A stretch of DNA of 62,462 bases from Polyangiaceae bacterium (GCA_033763455.1 JANRKO010000066.1:1-62462); one strand, 5' to 3'; positions 37,704-47,626 are shown, counted from the first letter of the stretch. The notes: generated by a model not told the origin, from the letters alone. Translations and numbers: made by a program.

Positions 37704-38354
37704 ATGGTAGTACGCACGGGCCCGATGCCACACACCTGGGATACCACATCTCCTTCGCCACAAGAATGTTTAACGAGGCTAATTGATGGCAATCGCAGGT
37801 TTCGAGAATCAGGCGGGGCGACGTTTTCGCGTGCCTGGAGCGAGCAACTTGCCAAGCAGGCGCAGCGGCCATTCGCCATCATCTTGGGTTGCTCCGATTC
37901 GAGGACGCCAGTTGAAATTCTGTTCGATCAAGGCTTCGGAGACCTATTTGTGGTGCGAGTGGCTGGCAACATCGTGGCTCCATCCATCGTGGGGTCCATC
38001 GAATTTGCGGCCTCGCAATTTGGCACACGTTTGGTGGTGGTCATGGGGCACACCGGGTGTGGAGCTGTGGCCGCCACAGTTCACGCGCTGGAAACAGGGC
38101 TTGGGCCCGAGTCCACGAATATTCGGTCTATTACCGATCGCATCGCGCCGCACATCAAAGGGGTGCAACATACGGACGAACCGGGAGGCTTTTTGCGAGA
38201 GGCGGTGCGAGCCAATGTGCGAGCTTCGGCGGACCACTTGCGCCACGGAAGTCAGATCATCGAGGAGCTCGTGCTCTCGGGGCGTGTGGCGGTTGTAGGT
38301 GCGGAATACGATCTGGCGACGGGCGAAGTTCAGTTTCTGGACGACGTGCCATAA
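37704..38354 (+). CDS. Beta-class carbonic anhydrase
   Basis: GCSDSR, RVAGN, GHTGCGA. Confidence 0.93.
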   Translation: MVVRTGPMPHTWDTTSPSPQECLTRLIDGNRRFRESGGATFSRAWSEQLAKQAQRPFAIILGCSDSRTPVEILFDQGFGDLFVVRVAGNIVAPSIVGSIEFAASQFGTRLVVVMGHTGCGAVAATVHALETGLGPESTNIRSITDRIAPHIKGVQHTDEPGGFLREAVRANVRASADHLRHGSQIIEELVLSGRVAVVGAEYDLATGEVQFLDDVP

Positions 38355-38415
38355 GGCTCCGAGCGCGCAAGTGCCCAACACGCGGCGCCGGAGCGCGTAA
38401 CGCTTAAGCGCAGGC

Positions 38416-39000
38416 TCACCTGGTCAGAAGGTGTTCCAGCAGGATCTTCGTCCCCAGGCCAATCAGAACCAGACCGCCGGCCGTATCTAGCCGCTTCCCA
38501 AGTCGACTTCCAAAGGCGCGACCCGCGAAAAGACCAAGGGCGCTGAGAATGGCTGTGGTGATGCCGATGACGAAGAGCGATGGCCACAACGCCGCATTGA
38601 GCATCGGCAAGGTGACGCCTACAGCGAGCGCATCGATGCTCGTAGCTATCGCCAACATCAGCATCACGGCGAGAGCAAAAGGATCGCGATTGCTCGTCGA
38701 GGTTGAGCCACCATCATCAAGATCGTCGGCGTCGCGTGCTTCCCAGAGCATCTTGGCGCCGATCGCAGCAAGGAGGATAAACGCAATGTAGTGCGTAAAA
38801 GCCTGCACCCAGGGGCCAATTGTTGTCCCCGCCCACCAACCGATGAGGGGCATCAGGGCCTGAAAACCACCGAAAAATAAAGCAACCAAAGCCACGTGTC
38901 GCGGCAAGATGCGGGGCACGGATAGTCCGCGAGCCGCTGACACGGCTGCCGCGTCCATCGCAAGGCCCACCGCGAGCAAGAACAGTGCGCTAGGGCTCAT
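38416..39000 (-). CDS. mntP: Manganese efflux pump MntP
   Basis: GLAMDA, FGGFQALMP, ATSIDALAVG. Confidence 0.9.
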   Translation of the reverse strand: MSPSALFLLAVGLAMDAAAVSAARGLSVPRILPRHVALVALFFGGFQALMPLIGWWAGTTIGPWVQAFTHYIAFILLAAIGAKMLWEARDADDLDDGGSTSTSNRDPFALAVMLMLAIATSIDALAVGVTLPMLNAALWPSLFVIGITTAILSALGLFAGRAFGSRLGKRLDTAGGLVLIGLGTKILLEHLLTR

Positions 39001-39048
39001 CTGAGCACGTGCATAGTTGCAGCGAGGCCTACCCAGGTTCTTGGCAAA

Positions 39049-39459
39049 TTAAGGCTTCGTTTGGGCTCGCAGTGCGTCGCGGATTTCGGTGAGTAGCACT
39101 TCTTGCCTCGGCGGCTCTGCGGGTGGTGCGGGGGGAGCTGCCTCTTGGCGTTTTAGCTTGTTCATCAGTTTTATTGCCGAAAACACCGCTGCCGCAATGA
39201 GCAAGAAGTCAAATACGGTTTGCAGGAAAACTCCGTACTTCAGCACCAGCGCCGGCTGCGCACCTGCTGCTTCGCGGAGCGTCAGCCCAAGATCGCCGAA
39301 AGCCACACCCCCGGTAAGTAGCCCGAGTGGAGGCATCACTACGTCGCTCACGAAGGAACTCACGATCTTGCCGAAGGCGCCACCGATAATGACGCCTACA
39401 GCAAGATCGACCACGTTGCCTTTTATGGCGAATTCCTTGAACTCTTTGAGGATACTCAT
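39049..39459 (-). CDS. mscL: Large-conductance mechanosensitive channel
   Basis: [28 protein letters not shown]. Confidence 0.97.
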   Translation of the reverse strand: MSILKEFKEFAIKGNVVDLAVGVIIGGAFGKIVSSFVSDVVMPPLGLLTGGVAFGDLGLTLREAAGAQPALVLKYGVFLQTVFDFLLIAAAVFSAIKLMNKLKRQEAAPPAPPAEPPRQEVLLTEIRDALRAQTKP

Positions 39460-39495
39460 GCTTCGACTCCGCGGACTCTCGGTGGGGTTCTGACC

Positions 39496-40878
39496 TTACT
39501 TTGACAACAGCTTGAACTCGATCCTTCGGTTCTTCTGACGGCCTGCGGCGTCTTTGTTGTCCGCTAGGGGCTCGTCTGGCCCTGCGCCTCGGGCTTCAAT
39601 CCGCGCGGCGTCGATGCCTTGCTCGGTAAAATAGGCCTTTACCGCTTCCGCGCGCTGCTTCGAAAGCTCTAGGTTCTTGTCGTGGTCACCGACGTTGTCG
39701 GTATGCCCGGAGATTTCCACTCGTAGATCTCCGTATTCTTTGAGTACGGCGAGGGCGCCATCGAGAACAGCTTTCGACACCGGTCGGATTTTCGCCGAGG
39801 CGAGGTCAAATTCAATGCCAGGAATAACTCCCGAGTATTTCTTTACGGCTTCGGGAAGCGTATCGGCGCAGCCGTCGCCATCTTGGTAGCCATTTTTGGT
39901 TTCGGCTTCATTCGGGCACGTGTCCGCCGTGCCTTGAACTCCGTCACGGTCTGGATCTGGATCCGGGCAACCGTTGGGTGCAATGCCGGCTTCGGTGGGG
40001 CAGACATCGACCGGGAGGGGTACGCAATCGTGGTCGGCATCTAGGTTCGGGCAGCCCGTCGGCGCCTCACCGGCTTGGCTGGGGCAAGCGTCGCGTGGGT
40101 CGATGACGCCATCTCCGTCTGAATCAGGCGGAGGAGGGCAGCCGTCCGGAGCGACGCCGGCTTGGGTGGGGCACTTGTCTGAAGCGTCCACAAAGCCGTC
40201 CTGATCCGCGTCGGGCGGGGGAACGGGGGCCTTCGGCGGCGAACGGAGGTCGAGCGTGAAGTTGAGGCCGAGCTGGACCTCTGGGTGGTGTGTCTGCGAG
40301 CCTTTTGCCGCAGCGTGCTTTTGGGAGAGGTTGTCTCGCACGTCCAAGCGGAGACCCACAAAATCATCCAGCGCCCACTTGGCTCCGGCTCCGAAATGGA
40401 AGGCTGGATCCTGATTGGTTCCCGTGGGGTTGCTGCCTGCGCCAAGTAGCCCGGCGCCGAGGACTACGAAAGGCGTGATTGGTTCATTCGGGAGCTGCAC
40501 TAGTGCATGCAGACGCTGACTCCAGATGCCAGCACGGCTCCCCGAGGCTACCTTGGTGGGGCCGGCTGCGCCTTCAACCTCAAGCGCAGCGTAGGCGATG
40601 GGGAAATAGGAGATGCGGACGCCCACTTCGGGCACGGGCGAATCGAACTTCTGATAGTTGGCCCTCGCCAGTGCGTGATGCTTCGCGGGGAAAAAGAGCC
40701 CACCGAGCACGCCCACATCAAAGTAGTTCTCCGTCGGGCGGCCGAGCGGCCCCGTAGCGGGCACGGGCGGGGGTGGGGACGCTTGTGCCCCAGCCGCTTG
40801 CGCGGCGGCGGGCATCGTGAACGACAAACATTCGAGCAACATTGCGCCCGAGGCAAAAAGCAGGGAAGACCTAAACAT
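39496..40878 (-). CDS. OmpA-family protein with beta-barrel and thrombospondin type-3 repeats
   Basis: DxDxDG..D..D.CP repeats; SGHTD..NLELSKQRA; NRRIEF. Confidence 0.9.
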   Translation of the reverse strand: MFRSSLLFASGAMLLECLSFTMPAAAQAAGAQASPPPPVPATGPLGRPTENYFDVGVLGGLFFPAKHHALARANYQKFDSPVPEVGVRISYFPIAYAALEVEGAAGPTKVASGSRAGIWSQRLHALVQLPNEPITPFVVLGAGLLGAGSNPTGTNQDPAFHFGAGAKWALDDFVGLRLDVRDNLSQKHAAAKGSQTHHPEVQLGLNFTLDLRSPPKAPVPPPDADQDGFVDASDKCPTQAGVAPDGCPPPPDSDGDGVIDPRDACPSQAGEAPTGCPNLDADHDCVPLPVDVCPTEAGIAPNGCPDPDPDRDGVQGTADTCPNEAETKNGYQDGDGCADTLPEAVKKYSGVIPGIEFDLASAKIRPVSKAVLDGALAVLKEYGDLRVEISGHTDNVGDHDKNLELSKQRAEAVKAYFTEQGIDAARIEARGAGPDEPLADNKDAAGRQKNRRIEFKLLSK

Positions 40879-40916
40879 TCTGTTCTCCGGTTTCACAGTA
40901 AACGTGAAGGCTGGTG

Positions 40917-41834
40917 CTAGAGGAGCTGGTAGACGAGGTTGAGTGCCGTTAACGTGTCGGTGTTCTTGACACCGGAAAGCGGCTGGTGGTCGTAACGTAG
41001 AGAAAACGTGGTCGCGAGCGAGAAGCTCGTCGAAATGGAGGTGTTGAGGGCAGCATCCCAATTGAGCCGCCAGAATTTCGTTTCCGGGATGCCCTGTAGG
41101 TATTCCAACCCGGTGTTGAAGGAAGCCGTTTCGCTGATGCTGTTGCGGTAGCCAACGAAAAGGCGGGCACTGTGGCGGATGTCCGTCTTTTGGATAAGCT
41201 TGCCGGTAGCGAAAGCGTCGATGATAGTTTCGTCGCGTATGATGTCGAACTGAAGATCGTAACCGCCTTCACCCCAGAGCTGATGCTTGGGCTCATCCAT
41301 GAGGTAATAGGCCACACCGGGATCCAGATTGAGCCGCAAATCTAAGCCTTGAAACCTATCGTGGCGTCCGGACTGCGCCAGGAAAAGCGCCAGGTTGTCG
41401 GACACAAAGCGGTCGTAGCGGAGCTTGCCCTGGTAATTCTCGACGCTGGTTTTCATCTTATCGGCGGGCGTGGAAGCGCTCCTGCCGTAGTTGGCGGCCG
41501 CCGTGGCGCTGATTTCGTTCAGCGAACGGCGCACGCGCATGCTCGCAACCCCCGTGAGCGCCAACGACCGTGAGTTCCCGGTGGCAGAGAGGCCACCGGC
41601 CTGGATTTTGGCTTCGCTCGCATCTTTTTCAGCGTCTGGCTTCTTAACCGTGGCGAAGGTGTTAGTGGCAACCTCGACCGAACCAGCCGAGGCGGTTTCG
41701 TGCGTCATCACGCTGGCCGCTGGCTGCGCCGATACCATCGTCGACAAAGTGACCACCGAGCCCGCCGCCAAGGTGGCAACAAGATGGCGTTCAAGAGCCC
41801 AAGCTCTGTCCAAAATAGGAACTCCGCGGTTCAT
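40917..41834 (-). CDS. DUF481 (YdiY-like) outer-membrane protein
   Basis: TGNSRS, DRFQGLDLR, DTLTALNLVY; RBS AGGAG upstream. Confidence 0.8.
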   Translation of the reverse strand: MNRGVPILDRAWALERHLVATLAAGSVVTLSTMVSAQPAASVMTHETASAGSVEVATNTFATVKKPDAEKDASEAKIQAGGLSATGNSRSLALTGVASMRVRRSLNEISATAAANYGRSASTPADKMKTSVENYQGKLRYDRFVSDNLALFLAQSGRHDRFQGLDLRLNLDPGVAYYLMDEPKHQLWGEGGYDLQFDIIRDETIIDAFATGKLIQKTDIRHSARLFVGYRNSISETASFNTGLEYLQGIPETKFWRLNWDAALNTSISTSFSLATTFSLRYDHQPLSGVKNTDTLTALNLVYQLL

Positions 41835-41987
41835 TGTTCTCTCTCTCCTGCGTGTGGTATTTTCGGAAGAATGCGGCCTGCTCAAAACGCTGCGTTTTGG
41901 GGCAAAGCATGGCCGGCGTGTTAGAGCGCTCGCGCGCGGGACGCAAGGGGGGAGCCGGCGGCTGCGCAAATAGCGCCGAGGGCATTG

Positions 41988-42350
41988 TTACGAAGGCTTG
42001 GCGTCACGCAGGCGTTCGAATTCCAGTTGAAGCTTCCGCATATCTTCGTCGGAGAGCTCTTCGAGAGCTAGCAGGTTGTTGCGAGCTTCTTTATTAGCTC
42101 GGATCAGCTCATCCAACTTCAAATGGAGCGCGTGGCTGTCACGGTTTTGCGTGTTTTGGATGAGGAACACCATCAGAAACGTCACGATGGTGGTGGTTGT
42201 GTTAATCACCAGCTGCCAAGTGTCTGAGTAGTGAAAAAACGGCCCCGTGAGGAGCCAGCCCAAGATCAAGACAACTGCGGCCAGAAACGAGTTGGCGTGG
42301 CCCACGAGCACGGAGGTTCGGTGAGCCACTCGCCGGAAAATCTCTTGCAT
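41988..42350 (-). CDS. Low-affinity iron permease (Fet4-like) family protein
   Basis: [39 protein letters not shown]. Confidence 0.92.
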   Translation of the reverse strand: MQEIFRRVAHRTSVLVGHANSFLAAVVLILGWLLTGPFFHYSDTWQLVINTTTTIVTFLMVFLIQNTQNRDSHALHLKLDELIRANKEARNNLLALEELSDEDMRKLQLEFERLRDAKPS

Positions 42351-42507
42351 TCGGGCTTTGTACCACCAGCGATAGCTCTCGTCTAAAGTTGCGCCGGCGT
42401 CCCAAGAGGCTAGAAGCGCACGAGTTGGTCGGGGCCAGCCAGGCGGGCTGGACGTTTATGTGTGGCCGCTATTTACGAGTTCGATAAAGCTGCGCTAAAG
42501 CACTGCT

Positions 42508-43500
42508 ATGGAACATCGAAGGCTTGGGAAAAGTGGCGTTTTGGTGAGCCCGCTGTGTTTGGGCACTATGAATTTTGGTTGGCAAACGGACGAGCAGGCA
42601 AGCTTTGCAATTATGGACAAAGCGTTAGAGCTTGGCATCCAGTTTTTTGACACAGCGGATGTATATGGCTGGGGTACACACAAGGGGAGCACCGAGGAGA
42701 TTATTGGGCGCTGGTTGGCCCAAGGAGGCGGCCGCCGCAATTCGATCGTGCTGGCCACTAAAGTCTACAACGGCATGGAGAGGGATGGGCTGCGCCCGGA
42801 GCCCAATAGGGACAGACGCTCGCTTTCGGCCCTCAAGATCATTCGCCACTGTGAAGATAGCTTAAAGCGGCTTCAGACGGATGTGATTGACCTCTACCAA
42901 ATGCACCACGTTGACCGTGAGTGTCCGTGGGAAGAGGTATGGCAGGCGATGGATACCTTGCAGCAGCAAGGTAAGATCATTTACGTGGGCTCCAGCAACT
43001 TTGCCGGTTGGGATATTGCCGCCGCCAACGAGATTGCACGCAGCCGAAAGAGCCTTCAGCTGGTGAGCGAGCAGAGTATCTATCATTTGGATAGCCGCAC
43101 GGTGGAGCTCGAAGTGGTTCCTTCTTGTCGCCACTATGGCATGGGCCTCATCCCTTGGAGCCCACTTGCCGGAGGTTTACTCGGCGGAGCCCTGCAGAAG
43201 CTGGATCACGGACGACGCGGCAACGCAGATTTTGAGAAGAAGGTGGGGGAGAAACGCACGCAGCTTGAAGCCTACGAAGGGCTCTGCAAGGAGCTTGGAG
43301 AGGCGCCTCACAACGTGGCTCTCGCGTGGCTGCTCCACAACCCAGTTGTAACCGCACCCATCATTGGCCCCCGTACGGTTGAACAGGTGGAAAGCTCGCT
43401 GCGCGCCGTAGATATCAAGCTGAGCCTGGAGACGATGAAGAAGCTGGACTCGATCTTCCCGGGGCCCGGCGGCGAAGCACCGATGCCCTACGCTTGGTGA
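42508..43500 (+). CDS. Aldo/keto reductase
   Basis: LGTMNFG, FDTADVY, LATK, IDLYQMH, PWSPLAGG. Confidence 0.95.
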   Translation: MEHRRLGKSGVLVSPLCLGTMNFGWQTDEQASFAIMDKALELGIQFFDTADVYGWGTHKGSTEEIIGRWLAQGGGRRNSIVLATKVYNGMERDGLRPEPNRDRRSLSALKIIRHCEDSLKRLQTDVIDLYQMHHVDRECPWEEVWQAMDTLQQQGKIIYVGSSNFAGWDIAAANEIARSRKSLQLVSEQSIYHLDSRTVELEVVPSCRHYGMGLIPWSPLAGGLLGGALQKLDHGRRGNADFEKKVGEKRTQLEAYEGLCKELGEAPHNVALAWLLHNPVVTAPIIGPRTVEQVESSLRAVDIKLSLETMKKLDSIFPGPGGEAPMPYAW

Positions 43501-43682
43501 AAAACTCCACGAGCTTGTGGGGCTAATTATCGCGCCTTCGGCTGTAAGGCACGTTGACCGGATCGGTGGGGCGTGGTGTTGGACGGACACAACACCTGCT
43601 CCGGCTCCGAATGTGGCGTTTCGGTGTTACGAAGCTTTTGCGTCCTCGGAAAACCAGGGGCGCAGAAACTTCGCGGGGTGGT

Positions 43683-43919
43683 TCAAGCGCGCAACATGGT
43701 GTGCACCTGATCTTTTAGGTGCAGGCGCTTGAGCTTCAGCTCCTCGACGTACTGATCCGATGGTGTTTCCACTTGGGCATCAATGCGCTGCAGTTCTTTG
43801 CAGACGTCGTGATATTCGCCGGCAAGGCGCGTAAAATGCGCGTTCTCCTGTTTGAGCGCGTGAATGCGGTCGCGAAACTCTGGGAATTCGTGTGCAAGAT
43901 CGTGGTGGCCTTCTGACAT
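43683..43919 (-). CDS. DUF465/YdcH family small protein (probably also expressed independently)
   Basis: MSEGHHDLAHEFPEF..IHALKQENAHF...LKLKRLHLKD; own sigma54 promoter upstream. Confidence 0.8.
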   Translation of the reverse strand: MSEGHHDLAHEFPEFRDRIHALKQENAHFTRLAGEYHDVCKELQRIDAQVETPSDQYVEELKLKRLHLKDQVHTMLRA

Positions 43920-45233
43920 GCTGCGGGCAAAAGCAAAGCGCGTGCCAGAGGGGATACGTTGACCGAAAATCGTCCCAAGCTTTCCGGATAGCGCTCGAAG
44001 AGCGGTAGGCTTAGCGAGCTTCCCTCCGTGTTTGCCGTAAAGCACGCGTTGGGAGGGGTAAATGCCCCGATGCCCTGTGAAGAGGTACCCGAGCACGCAC
44101 ACAATGACTACGTGTGGGAAGAGCGATGCGCCGAGCAGCTCCACGGCCATGATGGAGAGTGCGAGGGGGGTGTTGGCGGCGGCAGCAAACACGGCGGCGA
44201 GGCCCACGCCGGCGCCGAGCTCCAGCGGAATGCCGAGGAGGCGCGCTAGCACACTGCCGAGAGCCGCACCGATGAAGAAAAGCGGCGTTACCTCTCCGCC
44301 GAGAAACCCCGCCCCCAGCGTGATAGCTGTGAAGGCTAACTTGAGCGCAAAGGCGTAGCTCGGAAGATTCGGATCTGAGAAGGAGCGGATAATGGTCGGG
44401 ATACCTAAGCCCAGGTAGTCGCTGGTGCCCACCAGTTGCCACAAGCCAACGACGGCGACTCCACCCGCGAACATGCGCAACGGGAGTCGAGGAAGGCGCT
44501 TTTCTCCCTGCTTTTTGAGAAGATGTGTGAGCTCGATGAAAACGATGGTGACGAGAGCGATGGCCGCCGCAAACACCAGCCACTTGAACATGAGAGATGG
44601 GGAAAGTGCGACGTATGGCGCGGCCGGATAGGGGGTGTGCTCGATGCCAAACGTGCGCGTGGTCCAATCCCCCACCAATGAAGCGACCAACGCAGGCACC
44701 AGCGCGCGATACTCCAGGCGCCCTAACACGATGAATTCCAGTCCGAAAATGGCTCCCGCTATCGGGGTTCCAAAGACTGAGCCGAACCCGGCGGCGACTC
44801 CCGCGACCAGAAGTTGATGCCGCACCGCTTTGGTAACCCGGAGCCGGTGCGAAACCCAATCGCTGAGGCTTGCCCCCATCTGCACGGCGGTTCCTTCTCG
44901 CCCAGCGCTGCCGCCAAACAGGTGCGTGAGCACCGTGCCGAACAAAACCAGGGGAGCCATGCGCAGTGGGAGTTCAGGGCCGTCGTCGTGAATGGTGTCG
45001 ATGACGAGGTTATTGCCGGCCCTCACCGAGTGCCCGAACCGCTCGTAAAACCAGCCGATACCCAAACCGGCGATCGGAAGCGAGTAGATGATGACTTCGT
45101 GCTCGTTTCGAAATTGGGTGGCGGACTCCAGCAGCCAGAGAAAGAGAGCTGAAGCGGCGCCGCACAATGCCCCTATGAGTGAGCCGAGAACCAGCCATTG
45201 CCCAAGGGTCGTTAGGTGTTCGCGTCGAGTCAC
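43683..45233 (-). CDS. CLC-F type fluoride/H+ antiporter, reading through in frame into a DUF465 domain
   Basis: CLC-F signature motifs GNNLV, GREGT, GEVTP. Confidence 0.85.
   Translation of the reverse strand: MTRREHLTTLGQWLVLGSLIGALCGAASALFLWLLESATQFRNEHEVIIYSLPIAGLGIGWFYERFGHSVRAGNNLVIDTIHDDGPELPLRMAPLVLFGTVLTHLFGGSAGREGTAVQMGASLSDWVSHRLRVTKAVRHQLLVAGVAAGFGSVFGTPIAGAIFGLEFIVLGRLEYRALVPALVASLVGDWTTRTFGIEHTPYPAAPYVALSPSLMFKWLVFAAAIALVTIVFIELTHLLKKQGEKRLPRLPLRMFAGGVAVVGLWQLVGTSDYLGLGIPTIIRSFSDPNLPSYAFALKLAFTAITLGAGFLGGEVTPLFFIGAALGSVLARLLGIPLELGAGVGLAAVFAAAANTPLALSIMAVELLGASLFPHVVIVCVLGYLFTGHRGIYPSQRVLYGKHGGKLAKPTALRALSGKLGTIFGQRIPSGTRFAFARSMSEGHHDLAHEFPEFRDRIHALKQENAHFTRLAGEYHDVCKELQRIDAQVETPSDQYVEELKLKRLHLKDQVHTMLRA
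43932..43947 (-). promoter_or_regulatory. sigma54 promoter inside the CLC tail, driving DUF465
   Basis: Minus strand TGGCACGCGCTTTGCT, 13 nt before ATG 43919. Confidence 0.7.
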
Positions 45234-45393
45234 GGGGAGGCACCATTAGCGCTGGGTGGGAGCTTCGGAGCAAGGGCATGGCGCAGAATCGAGTGGTCCG
45301 GCACGGCTCCGGGGGACGGGAGGAGGCACGGAGTGCGCGATGACCGGTGAGGTCGGGGGGCAGCGGCGGAAGAGGGGGTAAGCGCCGCAAACG

Positions 45394-45417
45394 AGATTCT
45401 TAGCATGCTAAGTATCT
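45394..45417. promoter_or_regulatory. 24-bp palindrome, candidate transcription-factor operator upstream of CLC-F
   Basis: AGAT-T-CTTAGCATGCTAAG-T-ATCT, one T/T mismatch. Confidence 0.45.
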
Positions 45418-45429
45418 GGCGGCGCGCTG

Positions 45430-46719
45430 CTATTTCTCCGTCGAGCTTTCCGCTTCGTCCTCGCTTTGTGCCGCTCCGACAACAGCAACGGGCAGGAGCA
45501 GAACTCTGCCCAGGCCGAAGGCCAAGACGGCAGCGCAAGCACTTGCTACGAGCACGCCCAGCTTGGCTGCTGCTAAGAGCTCGGCGTTCACAAATGCAAG
45601 CTGGGCGATGAAGAGGGCCATCGTGAAACCTACGCCCGCTACGACTCCCAGCACGAGCAAGTGTCGAAAGGTAAGCCCTAGCGGTAATGTGCCGATCCGC
45701 AGGCGCAAAGCCAACCAACAGGCGCTGAGGATCCCTAACGGCTTGCCGAGCACGAGGCCAACCGCCACTGCGTTGAGCACGTTGGTAGCGAACGGGCCAA
45801 AGCTGCCTCCCGAGAGTGTAACCCCAGCGTTGGCCAGTGCGAAGACTGGCATGATGCCAAAGGCCACCCAGGGGTGCAGGGTTGTTATCAGGCTCTCGCT
45901 TGGCGGTACTTCCCCATCGGAGGCAAGCACCGGAGTGAGCAGCCCAACCAAGACCCCAGCGATCGTTGGATGAACGCCTGCGGCGTAAATTCCGGCCCAC
46001 ACGACGACCGCCGGCAACACATAGAGAAGCTTTGAGCGCACACCCAGGCGCTGCATGGCGACGATGGCACCGAAACCTGCAGCTGCAACTAACAACCCGA
46101 GTGGTTGAATACCCGAAGAGTAAAAAAGGGCGATAACCACGATGGCGCCAAGATCATCAATGACGGCCACGGCCAAGAGCAACACCCGAAGGGCGGGGGG
46201 GACACGTTTGCCGAGCAGCATGAGAATGCCCACAGCAAAGGCGATATCTGTAGCCATCGGTACGCCCCAGCCCGAATGCGTCTCGGTGTCACCGGCAAGC
46301 AACAAATATAACCCCGCGGGTGCGAGCATGCCGCCGAGCGCCGCCGCAACAGGGAGCGCTGCCCGGCGCCATTCTGACAACTCACCGCGATGGATCTCGC
46401 GGCGAATTTCAAGGCCTACGACGAAGAAGAAGAGCACCATCAAGGCGTCGTTGACGAACCACGCGAGCGTTTTTTCGACCGCAAAAGCACCTAGCGCAAA
46501 GCCGAACGGCGTGTGCCAAAGATGCTGATAACTTGACGCCCATGGAGAATTCGCCCAGCCAAGCGCCAGCGCAGCGGTTACGAGCAGTAGGATCCCGCTT
46601 GCGGCCTCGATCTGAAAGAAGCGTTCAAGCGGACGACGCGCGAAACGCAGGAAGCGGAGCAATGGGTGCAATGCTTCTGGCGAGTCAGGCGGAAGCGGGT
46701 GGGGCGTGTTGACGGACAT
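45430..46719 (-). CDS. nhaA: Na+(Li+)/H+ antiporter NhaA
   Basis: VNDALM, GLEIRRE, PMATDIAF, VIDDLG, GKPLG, GVGFTMALF. Confidence 0.96.
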   Translation of the reverse strand: MSVNTPHPLPPDSPEALHPLLRFLRFARRPLERFFQIEAASGILLLVTAALALGWANSPWASSYQHLWHTPFGFALGAFAVEKTLAWFVNDALMVLFFFVVGLEIRREIHRGELSEWRRAALPVAAALGGMLAPAGLYLLLAGDTETHSGWGVPMATDIAFAVGILMLLGKRVPPALRVLLLAVAVIDDLGAIVVIALFYSSGIQPLGLLVAAAGFGAIVAMQRLGVRSKLLYVLPAVVVWAGIYAAGVHPTIAGVLVGLLTPVLASDGEVPPSESLITTLHPWVAFGIMPVFALANAGVTLSGGSFGPFATNVLNAVAVGLVLGKPLGILSACWLALRLRIGTLPLGLTFRHLLVLGVVAGVGFTMALFIAQLAFVNAELLAAAKLGVLVASACAAVLAFGLGRVLLLPVAVVGAAQSEDEAESSTEK

Positions 46720-46749
46720 CAAGGACCTCTGGCTGGCTTTTGCCTGCCT

Positions 46750-46798
46750 GGATGGCGGCCCGACCATCCGTTGTCCTGCGGCCGAAGGCACCGCACCC
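46750..46798 (-). ncRNA. nhaA-I RNA motif (Li+-I riboswitch-like)
   Basis: Minus strand GGGTGCGG-TGCCTTCGG-CCGCAGG-ACAAC-GGATGG-TCGGGCCG-CCATCC: two hairpins with the GGGUG, CAGG and GGUCGGGCCGCC blocks, about 30 nt upstream of nhaA; consensus recalled from memory. Confidence 0.8.
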
Positions 46799-46930
46799 AA
46801 TGTCTTTTTAGTGCGGGCACCTTGGCATGGAAGGGATTGGTGGTCCAGCAAGTGGGACCCATGGGAGGCCAATAGGCTTGCCCAGGCGATTTGAGTTGCG
46901 AACGGCTCGGGGGTGGGCCCCAATTCCGAC

Positions 46931-47539
46931 ATGCGGAAATTGGCGTGGGGGCTTCCCGTGGTGTGGTGTGGGGTTGTGGTTTTCGGGGCGGCTACCTCGG
47001 TGGCATGTGGCGGCGCGCGGGGCGGTCGGCCGTTGGCAAGTGTCAGCAGGCCGGCGCCTGCTCCTAGTGAACCCGCTAAGGCCCGCAAAGGAGAGAAGCC
47101 GGCGTTGCGTGGGACGCTTTGCACGCTCCCTCCCGGGACTGTGAGCCTGAAGAGCATCCATCGCTGTGTTGCTGAAGGTCTGATGTATACGAACGTGCTC
47201 AACATCCCTGAGCGAGTAATGACGGGCGGTTTCCCTGGAGTTACCACGCGGAACGAGTGGTTTGCGATCGACTACGTGGGGCGTTTTACCGTGAAGCGGC
47301 CTGGAGCCTATTCGTTTCGCTTACACTCCGATGATGGATCGATATTGTGGATCGACGGCCAACTGGTGATCGACAACGATGGTGCTCATCCACCACAAAG
47401 CAAGACGGCAAAGGTGAACCTGGATGCCGGCTCGCATAAGCTCCGGGTCCTGTATTTTCAAGCTACGGGCGGCATCGCCCTGCAGCTCTTTACGACTCCC
47501 CCGGGCGGGAAAGAGGGGTTGTGGCGGGCGGCGCTCTAG
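46931..47539 (+). CDS. PA14-domain lipoprotein
   Basis: SVAC lipobox; EWFAIDY.G, FRLHSDDGS.LWIDG..VIDNDG.H. Confidence 0.85.
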   Translation: MRKLAWGLPVVWCGVVVFGAATSVACGGARGGRPLASVSRPAPAPSEPAKARKGEKPALRGTLCTLPPGTVSLKSIHRCVAEGLMYTNVLNIPERVMTGGFPGVTTRNEWFAIDYVGRFTVKRPGAYSFRLHSDDGSILWIDGQLVIDNDGAHPPQSKTAKVNLDAGSHKLRVLYFQATGGIALQLFTTPPGGKEGLWRAAL

Positions 47540-47626
47540 CAGCCCCTTGCAAACACAAAGACGCATCCCCATACGCTCCTCGAGACGCCCCAAATCACCC
47601 GTTCAAATGGCTCTTCCCCGCGTATC

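Noticed and set aside
39001..39048. yybP-ykoY riboswitch before mntP
   Set aside because: The spacer is only 48 nt
45234..45330. Fluoride riboswitch upstream of CLC-F
   Set aside because: Only a 3'-like GCTAATGGTGCCT is present; the required 5' GGNGATGG stem is not visible
45430..47247. 605-aa extended NhaA from the ORF track
   Set aside because: The N-terminal extension is antisense to the PA14 gene and runs through the riboswitch; the real start is near 46719
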